Positions 38,270 through 51,648 of a stretch of DNA of 64,000 nucleotides are shown here, in pieces. Position 1 is the stretch's first letter, and every line of letters begins with the position of its first letter. Location: contig NC_042997.1 of the NCBI RefSeq assembly GCF_006345805.1, positions 159,712,001 through 159,776,000 of the forward strand, given 5' to 3'. The notes beneath the pieces are model-generated. The model was not told the origin of the DNA, searched no databases, and saw nothing but the letters and a program-made list of their open reading frames with translations. The position numbers and the translations under genes are program-made. This DNA comes from Octopus sinensis. Lineage: Eukaryota.

Positions 38270-40319
38270 AATATTCCTTGTATTGTTTGTCTTGTACTCT
38301 GTTTTTTCGTTGTTAAAAAAAGTTCGTTTCCTAGTTGTTTTTATGCTTTCGTTTCTCGTTGTGTTCTACGTTTATTTGTGTTGTCCTGTAATCACATATA
38401 TATATATATATATGCATGTATATATACATGTAGATGTATGTACGTACATATATGTATGTATGTATGCATATATTTTATTTATTAAATTATTGTATGACTG
38501 AGCACCATCTGGTCGTTTCGTTTCTTTTCTCCAAGTAAGTTTATATATATATATATATATATATATAGTTAATCACACCACATTTTTACTCTTAAAAATA
38601 TTTTCATTCTAATTAAACAGCTACTCCTGTAGCTTTTTGAAGCGCACACACCAACTGCTTTTCATGCAATATCCATATCTCACACCTCACTGCCAGTGAG
38701 CTTCGCTAGGTTTTCCATTCTCACATTTTGTTTCACCGAGGCACTGACCTTTTCGATATCCACAATAAAATTCTTTGTCAACAAATTTATTGAGTTGTTT
38801 TTTTGTTTTTTCTTTTTGAAGTAGTTGTATCTCATATATTGGACTTATGTAAATATATGCGTACAACCACACACGCACGCACGCATACATTCACATACAC
38901 ACACGCGCGCGCGCATGAATATATTATATGCAGATAATTTCTCTTTCGTACGACGTCGAAATAGAGCATCACTGGTTTTGCAAGCGAAGGCGTAAAACTA
39001 ATTCTTGGTGGTCACGTGACTGTTTAAAGCGTGAGCAGTATGATTTTAGCGCGCTTTTTACTGTGTGGACGGACTATAAAGACTATTAGTGAACATGTTG
39101 CAGAGTTGCCTCCTGCTGGAAACCGATGTGAAAGGGTGGTTCGAAGTCTGCTGGAAGACCATGTGCGACATTGACGTGTGATGTGCTGAGAAACCGATGC
39201 GAGTGGTCTTATGATATAGTCGGTGCCATGCAATTGATGTGTGCGATGATGCCGGACAAATTCGTGTGGTGCCGTTGACACACTATTTGGTGTCGAGTGT
39301 GAAGTTGGCTTCGGTAATTAATGTGAACAGTAAACTTGTCAAAATAAAGAATGCGGAATTGTACCGTGAATTTGGAAGTAACAAAAGAATCTAGTCGAAA
39401 AAACAAAGGATTAAAAAATGAAATAGAAATTAGATCATTATACTGGTGAATAAAGGAAGAGCTCACCGAAAGAGGTCTAAACATTTCAGAGGTAAATAAA
39501 ATTATTCCCTAAAAACTCGAAACTAAACGCTCGTCGTCTCGACAAATATACACCATTTAAAAATCTCTTATAGTTATTTTCTGTGAATTGGAGCTTCTTT
39601 ACTTTAGATAACTTCTAGTTCTTACGATGCTTAATTAAAAACACTGCTCTCTCGCTTTGCAAGCGAAGGCGAAAACATAATTCTTGATGGTCGTTATAAT
39701 TTCCATCTTAAACTGCAATTTGAATTCAAAATCTTGTCAGCTCTTTTCTACAGCAATCGTTTTACACATGTTGCGCTGTATGTCTTCCTGTTCGTTATTT
39801 TCTTATTTATAAGATACTCTTCTTTATTTCGTTAATTTCCCAAGTTTTTTGTCCAGCATGAACTAAAACTAACACTACCACGTGTTAACTAGTAGTCTTG
39901 ATAGTCCGTTCACACAGAAAAAAGTGCGCCAAAATCATATCGCCTACGCTTTAAGCAGGCACACGACCAGCAAGAATTATGTTTTCGCCTTCGCTTGCAA
40001 AGCAAGAGAGCAGTGTTTTAATTAAGCATCGTAAGAACTAGAAGTTATCTAAATATAATTTCTTCCGTTCTTAACAAATATATATAATTTTTTGTCAGTT
40101 TATTTGTCTCTGTCTTTTCTCCTTGTACTGTATGAATTAACTGATGTAGTTTTAGAGTCACGTTTTGACTGCTATCTTTGGCATGATGCTATCGTTTAGG
40201 CACCCTTAACTTTAATAATAATTATTACCTAAAAGGTGTTTATTCCTATGCTGGCCCCTTGATATCATCAGTATTTCAAATAACGGTCTTACCCTTAAAT
40301 ATATATATATATATATATA

Positions 40320-41810
40320 CTAGCAGTACAGCCCGGCGTTGCTCGGATTAAGTTAGGATTATTAAGTAATCAAGACATCAGATTTGAGCGAAATCTGTTG
40401 AAATTGGTAAACGTATAGCTGAAAATGGGTTGCAGGCAATTTGATTGGGAAATCCCATAAGGAATCCGTTTATCGATTATTTTTACACATCGATGGTTTT
40501 TTTTTTTTTGGTTTTTTTGAGAACTTAAAGCATTCAAATATTCCATGAGTCCTAAGTAATGCTGGCATCACGTTTTAGCAAAATATGTCAAAATTCGTAA
40601 TAGTTATGGTTGAAAATGGGGTGTAGCCAATTTTAGTGGGAAATCCTATAAGGAATCGGTTTATCAATTTTTTATCCTGATTAAATGAAAGCCCCCAAAT
40701 GGATACCTGCCACCGATAGTGTTTAGCCTTGGAATTTGTTGATGGACATGTCGAAGCATGGTCTCACAGGGAACTGCGATCTGCGGAAGTTAAACGTCAT
40801 GTCTGACCCCGAGAGATAAAGCTGCATCCCTGAAACGAAAACATTTTCACCCCTCTCGTACCCTGTATCAATGGTGGCTTCATTTAAGTGATGGGTCAGG
40901 GACTTGATTACTTGATTGCACTGTTTAGGTGGAAGCAAGTTTCTGATTAGCATAATTGGGCATCCAATCCTTAGCCTAAGAATGTGAGGTGGAAGCCTTG
41001 CTGGTTCCAATGAGTTAAGAAACTCAATAGAGTAATTGTTAATGTCTTTGGGGTCAGATTTGTAGATGCGCTCCACACCCGGAATTCGGCTTATGAGCTG
41101 GTCTTTGATAGCACTGACAACTACCTTTTGGGGGACCAGGATGGTTCTTTCACTGAGCAAATTGATGTCTTCATAATTACTTTCCAGATTGTGGAACACT
41201 GTTTCCAAAAGATCGCAAGGGTTGTCCACGGTGTTACAAATTTCAGACCTTCTCCAGGGGCTAAAATGTCATCAGCAAATGCTGCAGACATGCTATCACC
41301 AAGCAAGTGCGCACACTTGTTTGTGCTTAGACTTAAGGTCTCAACCTAGAGCCACAATGTGGATGACTTAAGGCATGCGCGCACTTCATCAGCTCGGCTC
41401 CCTTTAGGGATGACAAGAAATTTTTGCTGGAAATCTCCTGAAAGCAATAGAGTTACTCCACCCATAAAAGCTCTAGAATCCCTGATACCTTTCAGTGACC
41501 AGTACAGTGCCTCAAGGGCACCCTTATTGGTCATTGCGCATTGTCTAAGAACTTCAGCTTCCTCTGAATTTTTGCCATTGTTGCAAGTGGGAACCGCGGC
41601 CCTCACCAAATGTAAAGGCATCTTGAATGCCGAGTGCACCGTCCTAACTCCCGGCAATAGCATAGCAGCGATTCCCGAGGAAGGAACAGCTAGCGCAATT
41701 TGTTTCGCGTGACGAATATTAGCAAGTATTAATTGTGTTACAAAGGATTTATCGGTACCTCTAGCAGCATCGAGGAAAAGATTCCGCCCACCTGTTTTTC
41801 AACGGCACTT
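40320..41810 (-). mobile_element. Helitron 3' portion (decayed PIF1-type helicase and canonical 3' terminus)
   Basis: RTVHSAFKMPL, GGVTLLLSGDFQQ, PPHILRLRIGCPIMLIRNL and RSQFPVRPCFDMSINKFQG. The minus strand ends with a CCGAGCAACGCCGGG hairpin-like motif and CTAG at 40323-40320, followed by T. Confidence 0.88.
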
Positions 41811-41989
41811 GGAGGCCTAGAAAGTGCTCCACACTTAAGAGACCACCACACTCCACTTAAGGAGCGCGACACATTCCTGCTCCTACTCCAGAGAGATAAC
41901 GGCAAGTAGTCCTCTCCTTGTGGTTAGTAAAGAAATAAGTATTAGTTGTTCACAATTTTAAATAGTCGGCTACACAAATTGGTGACCTG

Positions 41990-43110
41990 AAAGGTCGCCT
42001 TAAACAGCATACGTAGACAGGGCCCCGGCTACGGCAAGCTGAACACGTCATTCAAGGTGTGCCAAGCTTACAGAAACCGCATTAAAGAATTAGTTCAGAA
42101 AACTTTGACGGAGGCATCGTCAGCAATTAATGGTGATATAATCTAAAAAGTGCCATCAAAGTAGAATCAGCTAGATTTAGCAAAGTTTTAGCTGTAGAAA
42201 GAAATAGATTTGAGGAAGATTTAGCAAGAAACCTAAAAGTTGCGCTTAGAAAAGGCATAGCGAGTGACGTGCTGTCAGCGAGGTTTGACCTTCAACGCCA
42301 GGCACGAAGGTTGCATTGTCAGAGCTAAGGCACGTGTTCTGAGAAAGAGATAACCAATGTTGCCCAATGGGCCCGGGTGGCTGAGACGCAAAATGACAAC
42401 AAAAACACCATTTGGTTTTTGGTGGACCAAAATGGGAGCACGGTGAACGAGCCGGAGCAGATGTGTGCAGCTTTTCAGCAGCATTTTGTCGAATTGTTCG
42501 GAATGAAAAGTGGGCTTGATCGCAGGATGGATTTTACTGCTTACCGCGATGGCCTACCACGACACGTAACAAGAGAAGCGGAGGGCTGCGAATATCTGAT
42601 AACAGTTGAGGAATGCTCGGGGGCAAATCGCCGGGACTTGATGGTCTGCTCTAAGAGCTTTATTCTAGTATACCAGACTTGTTTGCAGGCCCCTTGTCAG
42701 ATAGCTACAACAACTTGCAACAGAAAGAGAATCTGAGAGCCGAGGATCCGTGCTACTGCTGAGAAAGGATCCAAACAAGGGGGAGGTTTAGATAATTTTA
42801 GGCCCATCACTCTGCTTAATGCAGACATGAAACTTTGGTCCGAAGTGTTAGTGAAGAGGTTAGCGCTGGTCGTCAAGAAACTGGTTGGAGACACACAAGC
42901 AGGCGCCGTCCCAAACAAGTCCATCCATGACGCCTTATGCGCTACATCGTGGATAGGGCAGTTAAGAAGCCTGGCATTGGTGGGGCTCTAATCAATTTAG
43001 GTCAGTCAAAAATCTTTGATAGTGTGGACCATCAGTATCTGGTGGCTGTTCTCACAGCGGCTGGTTTCGGTCCGGTTTTCCGCTGCCATGTCCCTCGACA
43101 TCTGCTCGGT
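41990..43110 (+). mobile_element. Tx1-type LINE ORF2 fragment
   Basis: RQGPGYGKLN, MCAAFQQHFVELF, NFRPITLLNADMK and GALINLGQSKIFDSVDHQYL. Related to 15589-16860. Confidence 0.8.
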
Positions 43111-43291
43111 AGTCCGGGTGAATGTGTCCTTGTGTGTGTGTGTGTGAAATGTGCCTGTGTGTATATGGTTATGTGTTTTAATCTTCATTTGTGTATGTGT
43201 GTATGTTTGTGTGCTTGGCTGTCTGTATTACCTGTATACCTATCTATCTGTTTGTCTATCTACTAACTTACATATCCATTTACCTAAACAC

Positions 43292-43352
<61 letters not shown>

Positions 43353-44036
43353 TATATACATCAGTAGCGCTACTTTATCCTGAAATTTTCACCTAAATTT
43401 CAGTAAGCGACTTTTAAAAACTTCCTATGAAAAAAATCCATCAGATATTTTCTATGTATAAGCCACATCTAATAACAAAAGAAGTGCTGATTGGAGTGAG
43501 CGTAGCAATGATTTATTGGCTCATTTATTGAAGTCTGTTTATAATAACTAGAGAACACCAAGTAAACATTTAAACATGACTGAATATTGCCGCACAAATT
43601 ATATGATGTTCATGCATTACAAAGTACGTGATAAAATCATATAATGCGAGCTACAATAGCTAAAAGTGATAATTTATCATTTGGTCTTGATTAAAGACAA
43701 TAAATATATATAAATATGCACTATGTTATTTTGGATGTTGTAATCGTATGTAGTTATTAGAATGGCTAAGAAAGAGCATGTAGTTCGTAACATACCGCAG
43801 AATTGTACTAGAGTTCGGCAAATTGGGACTTTTTCCCACGCTATTTATAACAGTTTCAAGCAATCTCGAGTATAACCATAAGAAATTGCAAAGATAATCT
43901 GGAACTCGACTGAGGAAAGAAAATTCAGAATGACCCGTCCATGTCTTCTTTGTAATTCCTATCTGGATGTTTTGTTGTTCCTCTCTTACCTCACCTAACG
44001 ATGATTTGCGTTCTTGTACCATTTTGTGTATGTATG

Positions 44037-44105
<69 letters not shown>

Positions 44106-44130
44106 CATATGTATATATATATATATATAT

Positions 44131-44175
44131 ACTAGCATTAAAGACCAGTCGTTGCCGGGTCATAGTGCTAGTGCA
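44131..44175 (-). mobile_element. Solo Helitron-like 3' terminus
   Basis: Minus strand GACCCGGCAACGACTGGTC hairpin, then TTTAATGCTAG and T, inside (TA)n. Resembles the 40320 terminus. Confidence 0.55.
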
Positions 44176-44989
44176 TGTATCTATGTATATATATATATAT
44201 ATATGTTTACATATTACATGTACATTTATATATATATACATCTACACATAAAATACAAAATACAAAGTTATATCTTGATATCGCTAGTGATTACAATACT
44301 CAAAATATATAACAGACTGGAATTGTTTGCCCGTCTCTTGTAATTTCGATCAATTGTATCTTGTCCTCCCTCTTGTATAGAAGTGTGGCTACAGTCCAGC
44401 CTACCTCTACTTCTGGGGGAGGGGCATTTTAATTTTTTTCCCCGGACGTCCTACGTCGCAGATATAAAGGAAAGAATAAAATATTTCCTCTTTGCAAGTT
44501 CTAGTCGAGTACTCCCTTGCACGCTCCGTTGACTCGAACCTTGCTTCTATTGTGGCAAATTTACCGCTTCTGATTAGATATCTGTCATAGTCACACCAAG
44601 ACACTTTTCGAAGGTGCTTTCCTCCATGTGTTCAAATCTTCTTTTTTTCTCTACATTGTATACTTTATAGACAATAGTCTTTTCTTTAATTTAATTTTTT
44701 ATTATCCATCTGGACTATTCCATTTCTGCAGACTAATTTTTTTTTAATTCATTCCCATTCATGTGAAACCACTTATTCAAGTTCAAGTCATTGATGCAAT
44801 TTTATACCAATTGCTATTTTTACTTTTTTTTATGTTACGATTATATTATACTTTAGTTTGATTTTAATTATCACTTACTACATATAATTCAATTGTTATT
44901 ATTATTTTTATTGTTAAAGTGAAAGTATCTGATATAAAATAGAGAAATGTTTGTTTCACTTTTAACACGTAATACTGAAATAGTGGAGA

Positions 44990-45760
44990 AGATATGATAT
45001 TGCCATGGGCTCGCTCTAGGTAAGAAGTTGAACATTTTTTGCTCATGAAACTACATGGACCCTAAGTAAGGCATGGTCCACCCGGTTATATTAGATGAAG
45101 TGGCAGACCATCTGCAATCTTTCTCTCACATGTGGCATGAGAAAAAATTGCAAGAAGGGTTAATATTGCTAGCGAATTCCATCTGCCATTACTGATGTTC
45201 GAAATTTTTAAAACTTGATGAAAGGCAGGTCACGTTTTCTTGGCATGGGTTAAGTGGAACAGAAACTTCATAATATCTCCCCAGCTACCTTGATCTTCAA
45301 TAACATCAGTTCCATTCTGGAAGGAGCCTTGAGTTATTTGACAAAAAATATTAGATGTTGGGTGAATTGCTTGCGCCTGCTAGCTCCTCGTCCATAACAA
45401 CGCGCTGAATTATGTCCAATACATGATGCTGGCAGCTCATGAATTGTGGCTTGTCATAGCCTTTGCTCAAGAACACTCTCTGCAGTCTAGCCACTAGCCC
45501 CCTCTTTCGTCCTGTATTCACACTCACTGTATCAGCAATAATCATTCGGATTGCGCCCCATAAATGAAATTCGTCCAAGATGCTTTTCAGTCCTTCTGCA
45601 ATGATCTCAGCCTTGCCATCACACAGCTTCAGAGCAGCCAGCTTGATTTCACTTGTTTCAGTCTTGATGACAACTGCTTGATATTCACTTCCATCAATGT
45701 TCACCATCGAAATGCAGGCTCCATTTTACATTGCGTAGCGTATCGAACAAATGTAGTTTA
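44990..45760 (-). mobile_element. hAT-like DNA transposase fragment
   Basis: ADTVSVNTGRKRG...SCQHHVL (D..NTG and CxxH motifs), with a downstream RW motif. Confidence 0.62.
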
Positions 45761-46479
45761 CATTTCACCAGCTCTCTGCATTTTCGTCTGGAGAAAGCAT
45801 CTGACATATATGTATAGTTTTTAAATCAGGACAAATATATAAACCCACAGGCGAAACTCGTTCAGTAGGTGGTGATGTTTCAAAATCTGGATTTCTACTG
45901 GTTTTTTCAGCGCCATCAATGGCAAGTATCCACTGCCCGTACATGTTAAGAGAAAATTGGCCTTCTAGCTGATAGTGTTATACAGTGGTTGTATATAAGA
46001 GATCAGCGACCGGAACATCCAGTATTAAACTGTATCAGCTCGCAGCCGATTTTTGGCTAGCATAACCGGCCTCTTGCTACTTATGACATAGTCCCCCCAC
46101 ACATTTTTAGTTACTGCTTCATTTTTCTTCTTTACCTACGTCAACTATTGCAACGTTCTTACCTTGTCCTTGGTTTAAATATACTTGATCATTTGTAGAG
46201 ATTGCAGTACTTTGGTCATTCCATTCCGGATAACAGGTGTTTAGTCTCTAGAATATTTTAGTATGTACACCATTGTAAAAGCTCTACGGGTTTGCTTTTG
46301 GATAAATATTTATTTGCTCTGTTTACGACATCATAAGTACTATTTGTTTTCTAGACACATTGGATGAAGCTCCATGTGCTACATCGAATGTGCTATACAG
46401 ATGGCGAATATCATTTTCAGAATTTTCTTTGTAAACACCAGAGATAAAGAAAACCATGATGGTCCAGTGGTGGAGATTC

Positions 46480-47070
46480 GTCCTCAGCCGCCTGGATTAC
46501 TGCTCACAGCTATGGTCACCCACCAGTGAGAATTAACAGCGGACCTTGAAGCAATCCAGAGAAGATTCACAAAGAAGATCGTCTCTTTGTAACAGCTCGG
46601 CCACTGGGAAGGGTTGAAACAGCTAAGATTCTATTCCCAGGAGTAATATATATCTAGAAGATCCTGGAAGGAATTGTGCCAAATGTTGACATTGAAAGCT
46701 ACACCAATGCCAGAACGGAACGACACTGCATAGTGCCAAGATCCCAGCAATGCCATCACGCTTCAGGACCAGTTACTGCAACAGCCTTGGTTTCAAGGGC
46801 CCACAGCTTTTTAATATTCTCCCAAAAAGTTTGAGAAACTTGCACAAAGTAGATGTTGGGGCTTTTAAATCAAAGCTGGACCTCTTCCTGTCGAGAGTCC
46901 CAGATAAACCTACCGCACGACAAGATGTGCAAATGAGGGTAGCTATATCAAACTCCATCTTCACCAAGTGCCACATATTACAGGAGGTTCTTAGTAATAA
47001 TAGTGTAGCAAAACGGCGGTGCATCAGCATGGCCGCAGATCTGAGCTAAAACTAGAGAGAAAAAAGTGAT
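46480..47070 (+). mobile_element. CR1-clade LINE 3' fragment
   Basis: SRFRTSYCNSLGFKGPQLFNILPKSLRNLH...FKSKLDLFLSRVPD is homologous to the 10605-11615 C-terminus. 3' end GGCGGTGCATCAGCATGGCCGC. Confidence 0.85.
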
Positions 47071-47084
47071 AGTTTTGTTTTCCT

Positions 47085-48420
47085 TACCCCCTGTTCAATT
47101 TTTCCTTTTCTAACATATCGGAAAATTCTAAACATTAAACTCCCCAAAACCTAACCTTATTGACTTATCTTTTCTAATTGTATTTATTTATTAAAAATAT
47201 CTTTGACTGAGATTCTATATATGTAATTATAACTATATAAATTGTGTTGATATATGCATGTGTTTATGTACGAATATATATGTATACATTTCATCATATG
47301 TGTATGTATACATACACACACACACTTATATACATATATGTATGCATACATACATGCACACACATATCTATGTTTGTAGGTACGTATGTATTTGTGTGCC
47401 TGTGTTTTCCCCCTCCTACCACCACCATTAATGAGATCGTTACTCATGTATAGCTTTCCTGAACTGTATCTATTACCAAACCAATAGAAATAATTTATTT
47501 TTATATACAACCGACAAATAATATTTTTTTCATCTAACCTATCCTTCATTTCTTTTATAAGATAATTTGTTCCCTTGCATACTTAAGTATTATTACTTTT
47601 CTTTTTATTTAGATTTTATACTATATAATAATTCTTCTTATTTAGATTTTATACTATATATATTTTTTCTTCTTATTTAAATTTTTTACTAAATATATTA
47701 TTTTTTACATTTTCACCTATCTATATTTTCTTTTTATTTATATTTTATGTTATATATATTTTACATACATTTTTTTAAAATTTCTATTCATCATTGATTT
47801 TATTTTTCTTATTCTTATCTTTCTTTACTCTTATTATTTTAGGTTATTTTTATTTTTTGTTTTCTATTTTGATTTTTTATTTACATTAATTTGTACTAAA
47901 TGGCATCTTCACTAATATCTAATACTCACCAACTAGATACACGTAGATTATATATAGGATCTAACTTCTTAAACTCATTAATATTCTCTATACATCCTTC
48001 AAAGAAAAATGCTAACCTTAATTCTTTAAGCTCATATGAACCCTGAAGAAATTCTATCAAATATAGTTAGATATGATACCTTTCTGAGCTTATAACCAAA
48101 ATACTTATAATTGCATATCAACTAGAGGTTAAACTGAAACATATATGTAGATTTTTCACACCTCTCATTTTCCTTCTGAGCTTTACAACTTATAATTTAT
48201 TTGTATTGTTATGTTTTTAAAAATTTCAACATCTTTATATCATATAACTAAATTATTCATTCCCCCATCTTTCTCCAGTTTCTTCTTTTTTTCAATGATA
48301 ATGATAATTATTACTGCAAAAATCCCTAACATATCGAAGAGACTTTCTCCTTATATGATAGTGATTAACCAGTAGAATATTTTGGGTTATATAATGCTTA
48401 ATGTGGATCTAACTTCCTCG
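47085..48420 (+). repeat. Unclassified 1.3-kb AT-rich dispersed repeat (family X), copy 1
   Basis: Collinear with 59935-61252; a short inverted piece lies at about 58465-58570. Confidence 0.8.
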
Positions 48421-48539
48421 AATCAACACGATATATATATATATATATATATAGGCAACGAAAAATTATAAAAAGGCAGAATGCTAAATTGAAGGTAAAT
48501 TTTAAAGAAAATGCGTGTATGGAAAATTAAAAAAAAATT

Positions 48540-49940
48540 TTTTTTAATATATATAAGGGAGCTCTGTTGTCCTTATGGACACGGAGTTTTATAAACACCT
48601 TGTGCTTTCCATGCTAAACAACAACACTTTCTATGAGGTTATTAACAACTATAAACAACAAAAAATAATCAAAAACCTCACCACCCCCATACTCCAACAC
48701 GGCCAAGGACTCACAGAAAAAGAAAGGGATTATATCACCAATTTCAAATGCAAGCCTAGGCTTTTTTATAGCCTTCCTAAAGTCCATAAAAACAAATACA
48801 TCACCGAAACCTTCAAATTCTCCTCTGACACCCACATCAACATCAAGGCACCGGAGGACCTAAAACTAAGGCCTATCGTGGCTGGGACCTCCTGTGAAAC
48901 ACACCACTTGAGTAATTTCCTAGACATCCTTTTGAAACCTTTCCTTACTCACATCAAAAGTTTCATTAGGGATGATCTGAACATGCTCAAACACCTCCCG
49001 AAAACAGTTAGCGAGGAGGCGCTTCTGGTGTCCTTTGATGTCATCAACCTCTACACTAACATCCCACATGAATATGGTATTGAGGCAATTGATTTCTGGC
49101 TAGAAAACACACAGAGGCATTCCCTGCCCGCATTCACAAGACCTTCATTACGGAATCACCCATGTTCATTCTGACAAACAATTATTTCCTCTTCGATAAC
49201 ACACACTACCGTCAAAAATGTGGTATTGCAATGGGTATCAATGCTGTACCAGTCCTTGTGAACCTCATAATAAGCTTCTTCGAACTATCACTCTATGATA
49301 TATCACGCCAGAAATTTGGACACGTTTTCCACATCTACCTAATGGAAAACTGGAAAAGGTATTTGGAAGATTGTTTCATCATATGGAAAGAATCTTATGA
49401 AAAGCTTCTGGAATTCAAAACCATACTGAACAACATACATCCCAACACCCAATTCAGTATGGAATTCAGCAAACATCATTTCCCTTTCTTGATCTTCTAA
49501 TTATAAAAACCCTAAGAACCAAATCATAACAGACATCTACCACAAACCTACAGACTCACAACAATACCTCCTCTTTAGCTCATGCCACCAAAACCACCAA
49601 GATAAATATCCCTTTCAACTTAGCTAAAATGGTATGCACCATTGTCTCGGATCCAAAAACTCGAGAAATACGCCTTCAAGACCTCAAAAATAAAACTATA
49701 TTACAACGCCAATATTCTTCCACCCTTATAGAGTATGGAATAAAACGTGCCAAAGAACTAGACAACTGAAAACCACCCAACCCAACAACACACACAACCT
49801 CAAAATACTTCCATACATTTCCACCAGAAATATCGAAGCTTACACCACAATCATACAAAACCTCACTCTACTGTCTACAGACCCCAAAATGAAAAGCATT
49901 ATAAATACACACAAAATCCTCAAATGTAAATGGCAACATA
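48540..49940 (+). mobile_element. Penelope-like element, RT region
   Basis: FYSLPKVHK, LRPIVAG, SFDVINLYTNIPH, GIAMG, WKRYLED, FPFL..., with frameshifts. Truncated at 49944. Confidence 0.88.
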
Positions 49941-49943
49941 AAT

Positions 49944-50334
49944 CATTTGTTTTATAGCTTTTGTTGTTTCTTCTTCTTCTCTTCTTCTTCTTCTTCTTCT
50001 TCTTCTTCTTCTTCTTCTTCTTCTTCTTCTTCTCTTCTCTTCTTCTTCTTCTCTTCTTCTTCTTCTTCTTCTCTTCTTGTCTTCTTCTTCTTCTTCTTCA
50101 TGTTTATTAGGTGGTATGATTTCTTGTTTGTATTTGTCAGCTTCCTTAAATACTGAGAACAGTTTTTTGTTTTGCTCGTGTTTTGCCGCTATCTAGATCA
50201 GTTTTCCTTCCTTCTGAAGTAGATATTTTTGCAGTCCTATGGTGGTTATTTTATAGTAGTTTTCCAGCTGTATAAGGCCTCTACCACCTTCTATACGTTG
50301 TATATATAGTCTTTCTATGTCAGAAATATTATTA

Positions 50335-50335
<1 letters not shown>
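49944..50335 (-). mobile_element. Dong family A fragment, inverted duplicate of 53390-53760
   Basis: Same truncation point (TCTGACATAGAAAG next to (AAT)n) and the same expanded (GAA)n tract. Confidence 0.88.
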
Positions 50336-50366
<31 letters not shown>

Positions 50367-50367
<1 letters not shown>

Positions 50368-51592
50368 TATGTTTGACTTTTGCTTTATATTTGTACAAGT
50401 TGGCTCCAAGTCTCACCCAGAGACCTCAAGAGACAACAGGGTTGGAAGTTCATGTTGTTGTTATGCCTAGTGTGCCATATATTTGGGGGGTGGGGATGTT
50501 GTACTAATGAATGTCTAAAAAAAAAAAATTTTTTTTTTTTTTTTTTTAAACCGAAAATTATGGTTGTTTTAAACCTGAGTTACATAGAGATTTTTGCGTA
50601 GGATATGAGCAGTTCCATGAGCACTATCTTTTGAACTTCTGCCATTTTTGGGTTTCCTGGTATCTGAGTTAGGTAGCTATCAGCCCTTTTTGCTATCATT
50701 CCCCGGGCACCTATGACAACAGGTATTGTTTTAGTCTTCAGCTTCCACATTTTGCTGATTTCTATTTCAAGATCTTATATTTGCTCAGTTTTTGGTAGGT
50801 CCTGACAGATACGTTTATATCGATTGGGACAGTCATATCAATGAGGAGGCATGTTCTTTGTTTTTGAAGTCTTTCAATATGATGTCTGGCCTATTTGCAT
50901 CTATCTTCCTGTCAGTTTGAATGGTGAAGTTCCAGAGGAGTGAGATGTGGTCATTTTCAAGCACTGGGGGTGGTTTGTGTTCCCACCAGTTTTTTTCATG
51001 GGGCAAATCCAGGTTTTTACAGATTACCCAGTGAATATATTGTGCAGCTCTATCGTGCCTGTTGAGATACTCTGTAGGCGCTAGAAGACTGCACTTGGAG
51101 ACCACATGGTCAATGGTTTCATTTTGTTGCTTGCATACACGACACGTTGGACTGCTTCTGATCTTTAATATGTTGGCCTGGTAGTTTCTTGTTGGTAGGC
51201 ATTGATCTTGAGCTGCTATGATAAACCCCTCTGTTTCAGATTTTAAGCCAGAGGCCATTAGCCATTGATGGGTCAGGGCTTTGTCGATATCTGCATTATT
51301 CGCTCTCTTTGGGTATTTGCCGTAGAGAGGTTTTTCTTGCCATTTATTATTCAGAATATCTAAGGCCGCAGTTTTGGCACGGGTTTTCATGCGCCTAGCT
51401 TTTTCTGTGCTTGTTTCTTGTATGTCTATCTCTAATTCCGAAATTGGTTTATTCGGAATTCACTTAGATATTCCTTTGCCTGTTTTGTGACTGAGTATGA
51501 TGCTTTCTTGTTTTCATGTTTTGAGACAAGTTTTAACATCCAGTCCTCAGAGTTTTTCAGGTAGGTGTCTAGGCCAATTGTAGCAATCTTCA
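50367..51592 (-). mobile_element. Dong/R4-like LINE family B, 3' portion, inside (TTA)n
   Basis: ORF 50833-51390 has WQEKPLYGKY, SETEGFIIAAQDQCL, CRVCKQQNETIDHVVSKC, RHD and NRPDIILKD. (TTA)n on both sides. Confidence 0.88.

Positions 51593-51645
<53 letters not shown>

Positions 51646-51648
<3 letters not shown>

Larger units (their letters stand above)
37632..38490. repeat. Inverted repeat (about 320-bp arms including microsatellites, about 215-bp A-rich spacer)
   Basis: 37632-37960 matches the reverse complement of 38175-38490. Confidence 0.92.
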
